Below are positions 1-10,233 of a stretch of 64,000 nt of DNA, one piece after another. A program made the position numbers and the translations under genes. This DNA comes from Abditibacteriota bacterium (GTDB lineage Bacteria; Armatimonadota; UBA5829), in contig OW818698.1 in the NCBI GenBank assembly GCA_942493375.1, forward strand, positions 5,032,568 to 5,096,567. Reading direction: 5' to 3'. Under the pieces are notes generated by a model. It worked only from the letters and a program-made list of their open reading frames with translations, was not told the origin of the DNA and ran no database searches. Each line of letters starts with the position of its first letter. Position 1 is the stretch's first letter.

Positions 1-1185
1 GTAAAGACAGCATCCAATTCCGGTCCGGAACTAACAGGATGCAAGGAGGTTCCAGGTCCGTTTGCCAAAGGATTGTCTGCTGATGACGGAGCATTGTTTA
101 TTGATTACCTGGCCAAAAACAATACTCGAATCGTGACTTTCCACGAAAACTGGAGCAGATACCAGGGCTATCCTGACCAGTTACAGATTCCAAAACTAAA
201 AGCTGTGGCGGATGCATGTCACGCCCGGGGAATGCGTTTTTTGATCTATTTCAACCAGCATATGTCAGATGCGGCACCTGAATGGAAAGGAATGGAATGG
301 GATTTTGGGCTTGGCGGAATGCTTACAAACTACCGCCGCGAGTATGATGAGATCAAGCAGAACGGTTACATGTCTTGCGTCAATGGACCATTCGGCGACC
401 TGTTACTCGATGGCATAGCCAAAATTGCCGATGAAGCAGGGATTGATGGGGTCTATATGGATGGTACCAGCGTAGCATGGCCCTGTGAAAATCCGACTCA
501 TCCAGGTTGCGGAGTACCTGCTGGAGATGGCAGGTATATAACGCACATGCCGCTTCGAGCTACCCGCAGGTTTCTTATGCGGCTAAGAAACATTTTTGTT
601 CAGCGTGGTAAGGATGTATTTATGGATACTCACACCGGTGGGGGTATTAATATTGCGACCTCATCGCTCTGTGATGCTTATCTGGATGGAGAAGCTCTTG
701 CTCGTTACAAGAATGGATATCGTCTACCGGCAGAATCTTTTGCTGCTGCTTGTATGGGTAAGCAGTATGGCTATCGCGGTGAGTTTTTGCCCAGCAAGTT
801 TAGTGTAGACGAGGGACTGGCATTGTCTCTAGTCCACGATTGCGAAACTCGCGGCGCACCCTCTGCTTTAGTCAATACGCTTGCTAGATATGAAGACATT
901 ACCACGCAGTTTATTCCATATTGGTCAAAATCTAATCTCTACCAGCTTAGCTCAGACAAAATATTGGCCAGCGCATATTTGAAAACAGGCAGCGCTCTGA
1001 TTGTGTTTGGAAGTCAGACCCAGGAGAGTGTTCAACTTACTGTGGATCTCTCTGGAGTTCAGGCAAAACTGGGATCTGCCGTGCAGGCTTTCGACCCGAT
1101 AAGCGGCCAGAAGTTGGATATGACAGCTGGCAAAGTAAATATTGAAATTACTGGAAGAGGTTGGAAGACAATTGAATTGAAGTGA
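1..1185 (+). CDS. 5'-partial hypothetical protein, possibly a glycoside-hydrolase-like enzyme. The ORF is open to the window edge.
   Basis: The reading frame is open from position 1 with no upstream in-frame stop. The annotated Met at 73 is probably internal. The protein runs 370+ aa, stops at 1185 and is followed by a hairpin. Confidence 0.5.
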   Translation, partial: VKTASNSGPELTGCKEVPGPFAKGLSADDGALFIDYLAKNNTRIVTFHENWSRYQGYPDQLQIPKLKAVADACHARGMRFLIYFNQHMSDAAPEWKGMEWDFGLGGMLTNYRREYDEIKQNGYMSCVNGPFGDLLLDGIAKIADEAGIDGVYMDGTSVAWPCENPTHPGCGVPAGDGRYITHMPLRATRRFLMRLRNIFVQRGKDVFMDTHTGGGINIATSSLCDAYLDGEALARYKNGYRLPAESFAAACMGKQYGYRGEFLPSKFSVDEGLALSLVHDCETRGAPSALVNTLARYEDITTQFIPYWSKSNLYQLSSDKILASAYLKTGSALIVFGSQTQESVQLTVDLSGVQAKLGSAVQAFDPISGQKLDMTAGKVNIEITGRGWKTIELK

Positions 1186-1202
1186 GTAATAAAGCGAGTT
1201 AG

Positions 1203-1237
1203 TCATGCAGGGGCAGTTTTCATCTGCCCCTGCATGA
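1203..1237. terminator. Bidirectional stem-loop between convergent genes.
   Basis: Perfect inverted repeat tcatgcaggggcag / ctgcccctgcatga around a tttcat loop. It lies between the stop of the + gene at 1185 and the stop of the - gene at 1248. Confidence 0.45.
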
Positions 1238-1247
1238 GAATGGGTCG

Positions 1248-4103
1248 CTAATCCAGCCCGCTGATTGCTATCAGGGTCGGACCGGCGGTGGTGTTGGTGG
1301 AGACCATTTCAATAGACTTGATCTCTTTTTCAGGATGGGGGTTGTCCCACTGTGCTCTCCACAGAGAAACTTTCTGCCCACTCTTTGTCCGACCATCCCA
1401 GATCTTGGTTGCTCCATTAAGAGAACGCTGGTCTATCCAGCTGTTGATATTCACACCATAGATTAATGGTACCTCTTCAACTGTGCCGTCAGCGTATCGG
1501 ATATTGTAGGCTCCTATTTTTGCACGTCCTTTTTCGGTCCAGGCGGAGGTATGCATGAAGAGTAGTGAACCTGCTTTTCTGTTCACTGCTATTTCAACTC
1601 TGTCCGGGTAACTCTGGTCGGTATCCAGCAGACTGCAGAGCCGTACCGCAGATGGTTTCGATGTATCTGCAGGCATTTTGATCAGATCGCCGTCCAACCG
1701 TACATCTCCAGTGGGAACTGATGACATATCATCTCCGGAACCAAGTCTAAGCCAGCCTGTTTTATTGTCATTATCCGCCAATGAAACGTTGTAGGCTGAG
1801 GAAAGATCAATTACAAAGCCCTTTCTAGCCAGCCTCTGCACTGGAGATGGATTCCACTGTTTGCGGAACTCATCATCCCACTTATAGGGCAGGTGATCGA
1901 TGTCTGTTTTGCCGCTGTTCCATGAGTATTCTGCAGCCAGAATCATCGCTGAGAACTGAATGAAGTTTTCTTTGAGGTTATTCTCGTTGCTGTTGAAACC
2001 GGCCCAGGTGGTCTGGAGAAGGCCTTCAGCCCCAACTTTCTTGACCTGAGCGGACAGGTGTTCAATATTCGCAGGAGTATACCAGGTTGCTCCGATTGTA
2101 TCATGTCCTGCTTTATGAAAGATGCTTACGGATTTGAACGTTTCCGGTTCATCAGGAGCATAGTGCCAGTCCGTTATTACTATATCCTTCGGGAGCCTGT
2201 CGCGGATCCATTTGGCTGCTTCAGGACTCTTTGCATTCATTGCGTCCGGGTCATCTCCACGGAACAGCATCATATCTCCCCACATCATTATCCTTGCACC
2301 GAGTTTCTTCAGGTGATTACGGATTTTCAGCACGTCATCGACGAATATCTGCTCTGCGCCTACCTTTTTACATGCTTCGTGTTTTGGGAAACCACCGGGC
2401 TCAACGACTTCATCGTGCCCGATATGGACCATTTTTGGATTTTCGAAGAGTTTTACTACTTCATCATAAAACGGCATCACATAACTATAGGTTTTTGGGT
2501 TCAATGGACAGTAAGAATAGGGCTTCTCAGGGCACTCTGCAATATCACGGTTCTTGCCGTTATTGAAAAGCCAGTCACTGTGTCCCAATGACTGCAACAG
2601 CGGAGAGACAGTAATGAAGTGCTCTTTGGCGTAAGCCAGCTCTTTCTTTATGTCTTCCTGGTCCATAGAGAAATCAACAGCCAGCGCCGGATCTGTCTTC
2701 CACTTCATGAAATCAGTTTCCAGGACCAGGTTGTTCATTTTGAAGCGTGAGAATATCCTGTCCATCAGTTTGTTGTGGAAAGGCAGCGCCTGGTTGCCGG
2801 TAAATAGATGGGCTCCCCGGAACTTGAGGCTGGGCCAGTCATTTATCAGGCAACCTTGCAGATATACCTTCGAAGGATCGTGCTTTAAAAGCTGCTTGAG
2901 GGTCTGCATTCCATAGTATGTACCCCTGCGGTCATTGCCAATTACCAGAACTTGCTCCGGAGTTGAACTAAGGATGTAGCTTTCCTCTTTTCTGGGTGCT
3001 CTGATTTTTGCCGTTTTTGCAGCCTGGGAGAGTTTCTTGTTGATTGAAGATTCACCGACCAGGATCAACGACTTTTCTTTTGTAACAACAGATTCCTTAA
3101 TAATCGCCGGTTCAAAACCATAGAGGATCTTTACTTCCTCGGCAAAGCTTTTAGCTCCTAAAAGGTCTTCACGTTTGGCTTTGTTTCCAACCACGATTTT
3201 AGTGGATTCATTCAACACGAAATCGCCGCTGGTCAGTTTCATCTGCTGAGGTTCAGGGATGACATAAACAGGCACAGAGACAGGAGCCCTTGCGTCCGGT
3301 TTATCTGCGATGGTTGTAGATTTTACATCGCCGGACTGAGTTATTACCGGTTTTGCACTCTGGGGTTCGATGGACAATATGTCCGTATGGGTATATTCCT
3401 TCCCGTATTCGAGGTGTATGCCCAGAATACCAGACCAAAAAATGGGTGTTGCATCGGCTGCTTCGTAAGGAGACATGCGGTTATCGAAAATATTGAGCCC
3501 GTCAGGATCACTTGACGATTCGAGTGTCAGTTTACCTATGCGTGACTGTATCTCGATTTTCTTTATCGCATCCGCAGTTATCAGTGTCTTTGCCATATCT
3601 GCACTTGTAGCATGCACATCCAGATTGCCCTCTTTTGTCTCTCCCTTTACAGTTGTGGCTTTGTATGCGCATCCAAAAATCGGTGCAGCTACGATGTTCC
3701 CGAAGCAGTATTCCATGTCAGCATCTGTAACATCCTGGGTTAGCTTGAATTTGAACTCGACACTCACTGAGTGTTCGGTAATAGTAACACGCTGGAACCC
3801 GAGGAATGACTCCGACTTATGAGTAATCAGGACTTCCTTGCCTCCAGGTATATCTTTTATCTGGACAGGGTCCTTGATGAACGGTAAACCATAGTAATGG
3901 TGTGACCAGAGGGGATTATGTACCCAGATACTGGAGTCTCTAATTAATTGGACTCCGCCATAGCTGACGCTCAAGCCATCAGAGCCACGGTTGAAACCGA
4001 CATTCATCTTGCCGACATCCAACCCAAAGTTACTCTGTGCCTGACTGATACCGGCTAACCCAAATATCAGGAGTAGTATGAGAACATAAACATTGAGGTT
4101 CAT
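1248..4103 (-). CDS. Secreted GH20-like glycoside hydrolase (beta-N-acetylhexosaminidase-like) with C-terminal accessory domains.
   Basis: N-terminal signal peptide MNLNVYVLILLLIFGLAGISQAQ. The motif DWPSLKFRGAHLF resembles the GH20 D-x-P-R-F-x-x-R-G start of the catalytic domain. HIGHDEV resembles the GH20 H-x-G-G-D-E motif. Length 951 aa. Confidence 0.55.
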   Translation of the reverse strand: MNLNVYVLILLLIFGLAGISQAQSNFGLDVGKMNVGFNRGSDGLSVSYGGVQLIRDSSIWVHNPLWSHHYYGLPFIKDPVQIKDIPGGKEVLITHKSESFLGFQRVTITEHSVSVEFKFKLTQDVTDADMEYCFGNIVAAPIFGCAYKATTVKGETKEGNLDVHATSADMAKTLITADAIKKIEIQSRIGKLTLESSSDPDGLNIFDNRMSPYEAADATPIFWSGILGIHLEYGKEYTHTDILSIEPQSAKPVITQSGDVKSTTIADKPDARAPVSVPVYVIPEPQQMKLTSGDFVLNESTKIVVGNKAKREDLLGAKSFAEEVKILYGFEPAIIKESVVTKEKSLILVGESSINKKLSQAAKTAKIRAPRKEESYILSSTPEQVLVIGNDRRGTYYGMQTLKQLLKHDPSKVYLQGCLINDWPSLKFRGAHLFTGNQALPFHNKLMDRIFSRFKMNNLVLETDFMKWKTDPALAVDFSMDQEDIKKELAYAKEHFITVSPLLQSLGHSDWLFNNGKNRDIAECPEKPYSYCPLNPKTYSYVMPFYDEVVKLFENPKMVHIGHDEVVEPGGFPKHEACKKVGAEQIFVDDVLKIRNHLKKLGARIMMWGDMMLFRGDDPDAMNAKSPEAAKWIRDRLPKDIVITDWHYAPDEPETFKSVSIFHKAGHDTIGATWYTPANIEHLSAQVKKVGAEGLLQTTWAGFNSNENNLKENFIQFSAMILAAEYSWNSGKTDIDHLPYKWDDEFRKQWNPSPVQRLARKGFVIDLSSAYNVSLADNDNKTGWLRLGSGDDMSSVPTGDVRLDGDLIKMPADTSKPSAVRLCSLLDTDQSYPDRVEIAVNRKAGSLLFMHTSAWTEKGRAKIGAYNIRYADGTVEEVPLIYGVNINSWIDQRSLNGATKIWDGRTKSGQKVSLWRAQWDNPHPEKEIKSIEMVSTNTTAGPTLIAISGLD

Positions 4104-4230
4104 TTAATAGCTCCACAGTTAAGATTAATCATACTGATTATTTGCCAAGTAAACGATTACCTAATTTTACCACAACTGTAGTATAATATTGCAAGAGATA
4201 TTGAAATATCTTGTAACAGTTCAAAGTCGC

Positions 4231-4370
4231 TGGAACAATGTCATCCTGAGTCCCCAAGTTGGGGGTGCCAACTTATTTCAATTAGAAACCTGTATTAGTC
4301 TTGGGAGGCCAAGTTGTGGTGCGGGCTTCTAGCCTGCGATCCCTTCGTTCCTCAGGATGACATTGTTCCA
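4231..4370. repeat. MITE/REP-like element with 20 bp perfect terminal inverted repeats (tggaacaatgtcatcctgag ... ctcaggatgacattgttcca).
   Basis: The terminal inverted repeats were read directly. The internal part contains cccttcgttcctcaggatgac, the same core found at 17108, 26284, 28756 and 35472. It lies in the divergent promoter region between the GH20-like gene and the LacI gene. Confidence 0.6.
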
Positions 4371-4454
4371 ATATTACTGATCTATTACAAAATCTTTCCT
4401 CATTCGATCAATGTAGTATAATTGACGGATACTGAATGATTGTGAGCTGAATAC

Positions 4455-5441
4455 ATGCCAATTACTCTGGGACAAATTGCAAAAGAGTGTGGAGTTACCA
4501 ATGCCACGGTGTCAAGAATATTGAATGCCAAGCAGGGATTCTCGGTTTCTGACGAAACCAGGCAGAACGTTCTTGAAACTGCTAAGAGACTTGGATATCA
4601 ACCCAACCGGTTCGCCAGGTCTCTGATTACCGGCAAGAGCGATATCATCAGCTTTGTCGGCGGCCATGGAATGGGTTACCAACTGTATGGAAGCATACTT
4701 CACGGTATCCGAACACCCCTGGAAAAGAGCAAATATAGCCTGTTGATTGAAGATCGGCTCAACCCTTCCCAGTTCAATCCTGATGGACTAATAGTCTGGA
4801 ATGAAGAGGACATTCTCATCGACAGCATGACTGCTATCAATGAGCGCGGGACAAAGGTTATTGGACTTGGGGACAGGTACGTCGATTGTAACTGGCTGGA
4901 TGCCTATGTTGCTCTGGACTCTAGAGCGGCAATAAGGGAAGCTCTATTGCACCTGTGGGCAAATGGGCAGCGGGAGATAGGTTGTGTTCACATCATGCCC
5001 TGCTATCACTGGGTTGAGAGACAGGACCCCAGGCACATTATATACAATGAAGTAGCAAAAGAGTTGGGATTCACTACAAGATGCATAGAAATACCCTTTA
5101 CTAACGTTAGGAGAAATGCCAGACAAACCATGCGCGAACTGGCTGGAGAAGGTTCACTGCCAGGAGCTCTTTTCTGTTATAACGATGAAACAGCAATTGG
5201 AACTCTGGCTGGTCTGATTGACGCCGGTATCAAGGTTCCGGAACAGGTCTCAGTATTAGGTTTTGATGGTATAGAAGACACCGATTATGCACAGGTACCC
5301 ATCTCAACTATTGCTCTGCCGATAGATGAAGGTTGCGCTCAGAGTGTTAAAATGATCACCGAAATGATTGAGACGGGATCAACCGGAGAACGAATTACCC
5401 TTCAGTCTGCACTGATAAAACGTAAATCGAGCGAAGTCTAG
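4455..5441 (+). CDS. LacI-family transcriptional regulator.
   Basis: N-terminal helix-turn-helix LGQIAKECGVTNATVSRILN and a periplasmic-binding-fold C-terminus. Length 328 aa, typical of LacI/GalR. Confidence 0.85.
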   Translation: MPITLGQIAKECGVTNATVSRILNAKQGFSVSDETRQNVLETAKRLGYQPNRFARSLITGKSDIISFVGGHGMGYQLYGSILHGIRTPLEKSKYSLLIEDRLNPSQFNPDGLIVWNEEDILIDSMTAINERGTKVIGLGDRYVDCNWLDAYVALDSRAAIREALLHLWANGQREIGCVHIMPCYHWVERQDPRHIIYNEVAKELGFTTRCIEIPFTNVRRNARQTMRELAGEGSLPGALFCYNDETAIGTLAGLIDAGIKVPEQVSVLGFDGIEDTDYAQVPISTIALPIDEGCAQSVKMITEMIETGSTGERITLQSALIKRKSSEV

Positions 5442-5514
5442 CCTGCCTTATTCACTATTCTTAGCTGTTGTCTCTACTTCCAGGCAAAAGCGAGTCAATC
5501 ACTAATAATGCGCG

Positions 5515-7740
5515 CTAAAGTTTCTGTGGTGCAAGTTTTGGTTTGTTGTCTTTAGGTTCTTCCTGTTTGATTAGGCAGAACCTGTCAATCCAAACAGATT
5601 CCGCTGCCCCTGCGTCACCGTTTTGCCTGATCACCACCTCATATCCCTGGTTCATATCCTGCACACCCATATCGACAGCGACGTATTCATCCTTTTCAGT
5701 AGGTTCGCAGATGATCTGTTTAGCAACTAACACTGAGTTGGTAACACTGTCTTCGATACCGACTGAGCATACTCTGCCCGCAGCAAGCCCTGGTTTAACC
5801 CTCATGTAGACTACGCACTTATATTTGCCCATTACATTGACTGGAGCCCGCAAAATACCTGATGCGTCGGACTGACTCATCACAAGTGCTTTGCCATCCG
5901 ATGCATTTGGGTCATCAGTAATTACTATGCTATCAGAGCTTTTCAGAGCAAACCAGGTTTCCTGTCTATCAACCAATGTGCCTTCAATTTTCGGAGGCGA
6001 TGACGGACGGGGTGATGCCATCAGTTTAAGCGCATCGACCACTCTGTCCTGAAGCTCCATACCGGAAGCTGAGGCGGTATGTCTAAACGATTCAGCGGCA
6101 GTATCAGGATCTGCTGGTCCTGAAAATGGCATCTGGTATAATGCTGCTTCTGTGCGTAATTCCTTGTATCGCAGAAGCCACAGAGCATCCAGGAATAGTT
6201 TTTCCCTGACCACTCGCTGCTGGTGCACAGCATCGTCCGACACAGCTTTCAGTGCGGCATCCATCAATACCTGTGCGCGGTTCATTGCTGCAATATCCAT
6301 GAAAGAAAAATCTGTGTTACCCGGGCAGATATATACAGTGGATTTTCCCGCCAGCCCGTTAACCAGCATCAGGTATGAGAGTATGAATTTGCCTGCACGA
6401 CCGTAGAAACCGTCCGTAAACTGTTTCATCAGCTTCATTTCATCTGCCTGTGGGTCCCAGAGCAGTTCTGAAGCAAGCCACAGTCGCAGTTCTCTGAAAT
6501 CCACGGGTGTCTGAACTGATCCCATATCCAGCATCGCTCCTGAGACTTTATTTGCTGCCAGGTACCGGAGGGTTATCGGCAGGGAGAGTATGTTTGGATA
6601 GGGTAGGGGAAGTCCACCTGAGGATACAATCCGACCCTGGACCCATGACTGCGGGTAGATCAGCTGCCATCCAGCCATTGTTTTCTCGAACCGTTTGTTC
6701 CACTCAGGACCATCAGGATTGCCCAATGGTTTGGACATATCACAAGCGCCCAGATCCATGCTGAGGATAGCGCCTTTCTGGACCGTTATGTTTTGCGGGG
6801 CATCTCCCATCGCAGCACGGACAGGGATTACTAACTGGATTCCGGAGTACTGATTGTCGATGTAGGTGGCGATGCGGTTGGCGAATTGCACATATCCAGC
6901 AGAAGCAGTGGAGTATTTCTTCCCAAGTGCTCTGCACCAGGCACATTGGCAGGGCTTCTGAGTTTCTACTGTATTCAGATACACATAGCCTGCTCTTCGG
7001 GGACGATTGGGTCTGTTGGCTACTACGGCATCAAACCGGAGCTTACTGTCCAGGCTGTTGACCACCCAGTTGCACATTGTGTTGTCATTAGGACATATTC
7101 CGGGAGCTGGTTTGCCTGTCAGGATCCCGATGTGTGAACCCAGTTCTTGTGTAATATCCTGTGTTTTGCCATTTAATCTGAGCTGTGTAGCGAATAGTCC
7201 TACTGCGTTGTCTGCAGATATTCCACGGTAAGTGAATGGCGGGCAGTAGACATAATCCAGGTTTGGGACACTGATATCCGGTTTGTTGGGTATTATGATG
7301 TCTGATTCAGTCCACCACCTGCAGCCGATGACTCTCTCAAGGAATACACCGACGGCATTCATTGTCCCGCGATCTGTTGCTCCGGTGATGATCAATTTAT
7401 TGCCGATAGTCTTGATTAGAACTCCGTCAGATCCCAGCACACCCCATTCCTGGTCTTTCAACATAAACTCAACTCTGGGTGAACGCCCGACAAGTATCTG
7501 AGGCTCTGATGGATCGGAATTGGACTCCAATAAGGTTTTGAATTCAACTCCTGACACTTGCGATAGAGTCTGGGCCAGTTCGTTAGCAGCTGTCGTCGTC
7601 GCCTTGCCGGCAATATCCGCAGTCACAACCACGCACTGTGCCTCTCCCTCAGCCGATATAACAAACCCGGCACAACAAGCAGCCGAAGCCACAGCAAGCG
7701 CCAGGATAATAATCAATAAAATTTGAATGGTTTTCATCAC
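5515..7740 (-). CDS. Secreted DUF4838/GH20b-like putative glycoside hydrolase, a distant paralog of the tandem array.
   Basis: Signal peptide. GNKLIITGATDRGTMNAVGVFLERVIGCRWW parallels GNRLVLAGGRPRGTLYAVYHFLEDVMGIRWW in the array genes. It also carries the CQCAWC Cys motif. Confidence 0.55.
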   Translation of the reverse strand: MMKTIQILLIIILALAVASAACCAGFVISAEGEAQCVVVTADIAGKATTTAANELAQTLSQVSGVEFKTLLESNSDPSEPQILVGRSPRVEFMLKDQEWGVLGSDGVLIKTIGNKLIITGATDRGTMNAVGVFLERVIGCRWWTESDIIIPNKPDISVPNLDYVYCPPFTYRGISADNAVGLFATQLRLNGKTQDITQELGSHIGILTGKPAPGICPNDNTMCNWVVNSLDSKLRFDAVVANRPNRPRRAGYVYLNTVETQKPCQCAWCRALGKKYSTASAGYVQFANRIATYIDNQYSGIQLVIPVRAAMGDAPQNITVQKGAILSMDLGACDMSKPLGNPDGPEWNKRFEKTMAGWQLIYPQSWVQGRIVSSGGLPLPYPNILSLPITLRYLAANKVSGAMLDMGSVQTPVDFRELRLWLASELLWDPQADEMKLMKQFTDGFYGRAGKFILSYLMLVNGLAGKSTVYICPGNTDFSFMDIAAMNRAQVLMDAALKAVSDDAVHQQRVVREKLFLDALWLLRYKELRTEAALYQMPFSGPADPDTAAESFRHTASASGMELQDRVVDALKLMASPRPSSPPKIEGTLVDRQETWFALKSSDSIVITDDPNASDGKALVMSQSDASGILRAPVNVMGKYKCVVYMRVKPGLAAGRVCSVGIEDSVTNSVLVAKQIICEPTEKDEYVAVDMGVQDMNQGYEVVIRQNGDAGAAESVWIDRFCLIKQEEPKDNKPKLAPQKL

Positions 7741-7799
7741 TTAGAATTATCGGCCTAATCAATGCCGGACAAGAGAGCACCCCCGTGCAAGATAGCACT

Positions 7800-7876
7800 C
7801 CGTTCGCCCTGAGCGCAGTCGAAGGACGCGGACTTACACAAACCGTTTCGTCTTTCGACTACGCTCAAGACGAACG
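7800..7876. repeat. Imperfect inverted repeat related to the CCTGAG..CGAAGG repeat family.
   Basis: ccgttcgccctgagcgcagtcgaaggacg ... cgtctttcgactacgctcaagacgaacgg. The arms are reverse complements with a few mismatches. The core cctgagNNNNNcgaagg is shared with the other elements. Confidence 0.45.
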
Positions 7877-7886
7877 GGTATCATTT

Positions 7887-7916
7887 CCTAAAGCCTAAAG
7901 CCTAAAGCCTAAAGCC
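7887..7916. repeat. Tandem heptamer repeat (CCTAAAG) x4.
   Basis: cctaaagcctaaagcctaaagcctaaagcc read directly. It is intergenic, between divergent genes. Confidence 0.7.
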
Positions 7917-8017
7917 TTCCTCCCCCCCACAAACCTGAAGGACTCTACCACCCTTCTGCCTAATAGTCCAACAGTAGAACGTCATTATCTGACTCCTAAA
8001 AACGAAGGAAGATACCG

Positions 8018-10171
8018 ATGCGAAGATTTGCAGGATTGTTGATTTTATTGCTGGTTTTGTCTGGTTCAGTGGCAGAAGCACAGCAATATAATATACGGAT
8101 AAGCTCGAACGCAAAGTCTGTGGGTATCGGGAGGAGCGTTACAATTAATGCTCTGGTTACCGATATGAATGGAAAACCAGCAGCCGGGATAGAAGTTCAT
8201 CCCTATCGCAATGGCAAGCGGTGGGGTTCGCATGAGTTCACCGATTCTACCGGTCGCGCATCTTTTCCTGTTCCACTGCCTGTTATGGAAACCTCAAAGA
8301 TATCGGTAGCAGTGTGCCCAATGAAGCGAGAATTTAATGAGAAGTGGATATGGGCGGCAAACATCCGGGATAGTCAGACTGTGTATATGGTCAAGAAATT
8401 CGATGTGGCTAATGTTCAAGGCGCAAAACTGTGGTTCTCTGTGGATGACAGAGCCAGCGTATATTTGAACGGTGTGCTGGTCAAGGAGATGCATGGCTGG
8501 AATCCGGTTATTCCTGTCGATATCAAACCCGAGAGTTTCATTAAGGGAACTAACTCCCTGTGTGTAGAAGCCGAGAATGGTACCGGTCCTGCTGCAATGT
8601 TGTTGCGAATGGATTTTGCCGGCAATGATAAGGGCTCGATTGTATCCGATGAATCATGGACTGTTTATCCAACAAAACCAGCTTCATGGCCTTTGGCTCC
8701 GGATACTGCCGGAGAACGGACTCGTGTGGTCTTTGAAATCGGGCAAGCTATTTACAACCTGGAAAACTGGCCCAGCATACACTACACCAGGGTACGAAAC
8801 ACCGGCATGGAGATGCCCGAAGGGTGCAGCGTCTCAAACACTGTGTCAATTGATGTCCGCAATCGTAAGCTGGAGACCTTCAAGCGTGATGAGAAAAAGC
8901 TGATTGGCATGCAGTGGGAGGAATGGTTTACTCCACTGAATATCAACTGGTCTACTGCTCCGGCTGTTCCTGTTATGGGTTTTTATAGTTCATATGATCC
9001 GGATGTTGCCAGGCAGCACTTGATATGGTTCATTGAGTCGGGGATTGATTATTTATTGGTCGACTGGTCCAACAATATATGGTTCTCAAAGAGTTGGGAC
9101 GATGTTGGCAAAGGCACGTATGAACTTGATGATACCACAACTCTGATGATGGACGGACTGGTCAAGATGCGTAGCGAGGGTTATGTTGTGCCAAAAATGA
9201 CGTTCCTGATCGGTGTCAGTCACGTCCGACCAGAGGGCCCGAATGCGGTCAACGGCCAGCTCAAATATATCTGGGACCACTATGTGACCAATCCGAAATA
9301 TGACGGCCTCTGGCAGTATCTGGATGGTAAGCCGCTTATTCAGATATTGGATCTTGGCGCATCCTACGTAAGGGAGAACCTCAAACTTGATGACCGGTTT
9401 GCCATCAGATTTACAGGTTCTCAGCAGGATACACAGAAGCAGAATGAGCTTGGTTTCTGGACCTGGATGGACAGAGTCCCTGTTCCTACTCCTCCTACCG
9501 GCAAGACAGAGGCTCTTACTGTAAGCGCCGGCAGTTTCGGACAGGGAGGCTGGAAAGCTGCCAATGCGCGAGGACACCGTGGGGGGGCTACCCTTATAGA
9601 GGACTGGCAGCTGGCTATGAAATATCAGCCCGGATTTCTTGCAATCCACCAGTTCAACGAATTCGCTGGTCAGATAGAGGGCCAGCCCGCAGCTCCTCCA
9701 AACATGTATGTAGATTCCTATAGCGTAGAATTGAGTGATGACATAGAACCCACCTCCCTGAACACTCCTGCATATCGTGGAGACGGTGGCTGGGGTTATC
9801 TTTACCTAAACATGACCAAGGCTCTGGTAGACTTATATAAGGAAACAACACCAACGTCTACAGTTCTTGCAATCGCAAGTCCGCTCAGAAAGCAGGTCAT
9901 AACTGGGCCAACTGTCTATGTCACATGGCGGACAGTTGGAGCTGCTGCTGAATCATTCACAATATATGTGAACGATAAAAAAACAGCCTCAAACATAAAG
10001 GAAAATCATGCATTTATCGACCTGTCAAAATACAAAACAGGCCCAGTCCAAATAAGAGTCCGTGCAGAAGGCACCAAGACCCGCTACGTCCTGCACTACG
10101 AAAAAGATGCAGTCAGATTGAAAAATCCCGTACCAGCAGAGAGTTATGTAGATATAGAGCTAAAGCGATAA
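8018..10171 (+). CDS. Secreted hypothetical protein, putative carbohydrate-active enzyme (beta-sandwich plus TIM-barrel-like region).
   Basis: Signal peptide MRRFAGLLILLLVLSGSVAEA. RBS gaaggaag upstream. The family is not recognised with confidence. Confidence 0.5.
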   Translation: MRRFAGLLILLLVLSGSVAEAQQYNIRISSNAKSVGIGRSVTINALVTDMNGKPAAGIEVHPYRNGKRWGSHEFTDSTGRASFPVPLPVMETSKISVAVCPMKREFNEKWIWAANIRDSQTVYMVKKFDVANVQGAKLWFSVDDRASVYLNGVLVKEMHGWNPVIPVDIKPESFIKGTNSLCVEAENGTGPAAMLLRMDFAGNDKGSIVSDESWTVYPTKPASWPLAPDTAGERTRVVFEIGQAIYNLENWPSIHYTRVRNTGMEMPEGCSVSNTVSIDVRNRKLETFKRDEKKLIGMQWEEWFTPLNINWSTAPAVPVMGFYSSYDPDVARQHLIWFIESGIDYLLVDWSNNIWFSKSWDDVGKGTYELDDTTTLMMDGLVKMRSEGYVVPKMTFLIGVSHVRPEGPNAVNGQLKYIWDHYVTNPKYDGLWQYLDGKPLIQILDLGASYVRENLKLDDRFAIRFTGSQQDTQKQNELGFWTWMDRVPVPTPPTGKTEALTVSAGSFGQGGWKAANARGHRGGATLIEDWQLAMKYQPGFLAIHQFNEFAGQIEGQPAAPPNMYVDSYSVELSDDIEPTSLNTPAYRGDGGWGYLYLNMTKALVDLYKETTPTSTVLAIASPLRKQVITGPTVYVTWRTVGAAAESFTIYVNDKKTASNIKENHAFIDLSKYKTGPVQIRVRAEGTKTRYVLHYEKDAVRLKNPVPAESYVDIELKR

Positions 10172-10233
10172 TCCATAATCATGTCATCCTACTCAGTGAA
10201 GAATCAGATGATTCAAAGGTAAACATTAACCAT

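Noticed and set aside
2058-2591. 177 aa and 111 aa ORFs on the + strand, inside and antisense to the GH20-like gene.
   Set aside because: They are fully embedded antisense in a long, well-supported CDS. They have no RBS and their composition is Cys/Arg/His-rich, typical of spurious frames.
7887-7916. Possible CRISPR-like repeat.
   Set aside because: The heptamer units are contiguous with no spacers. It is a simple microsatellite, not a CRISPR array.
10170-10205. catgtcatcctactcagtg, a partial match to the repeat-family core.
   Set aside because: Only about 9 nt match and there is no inverted partner. It is probably chance.
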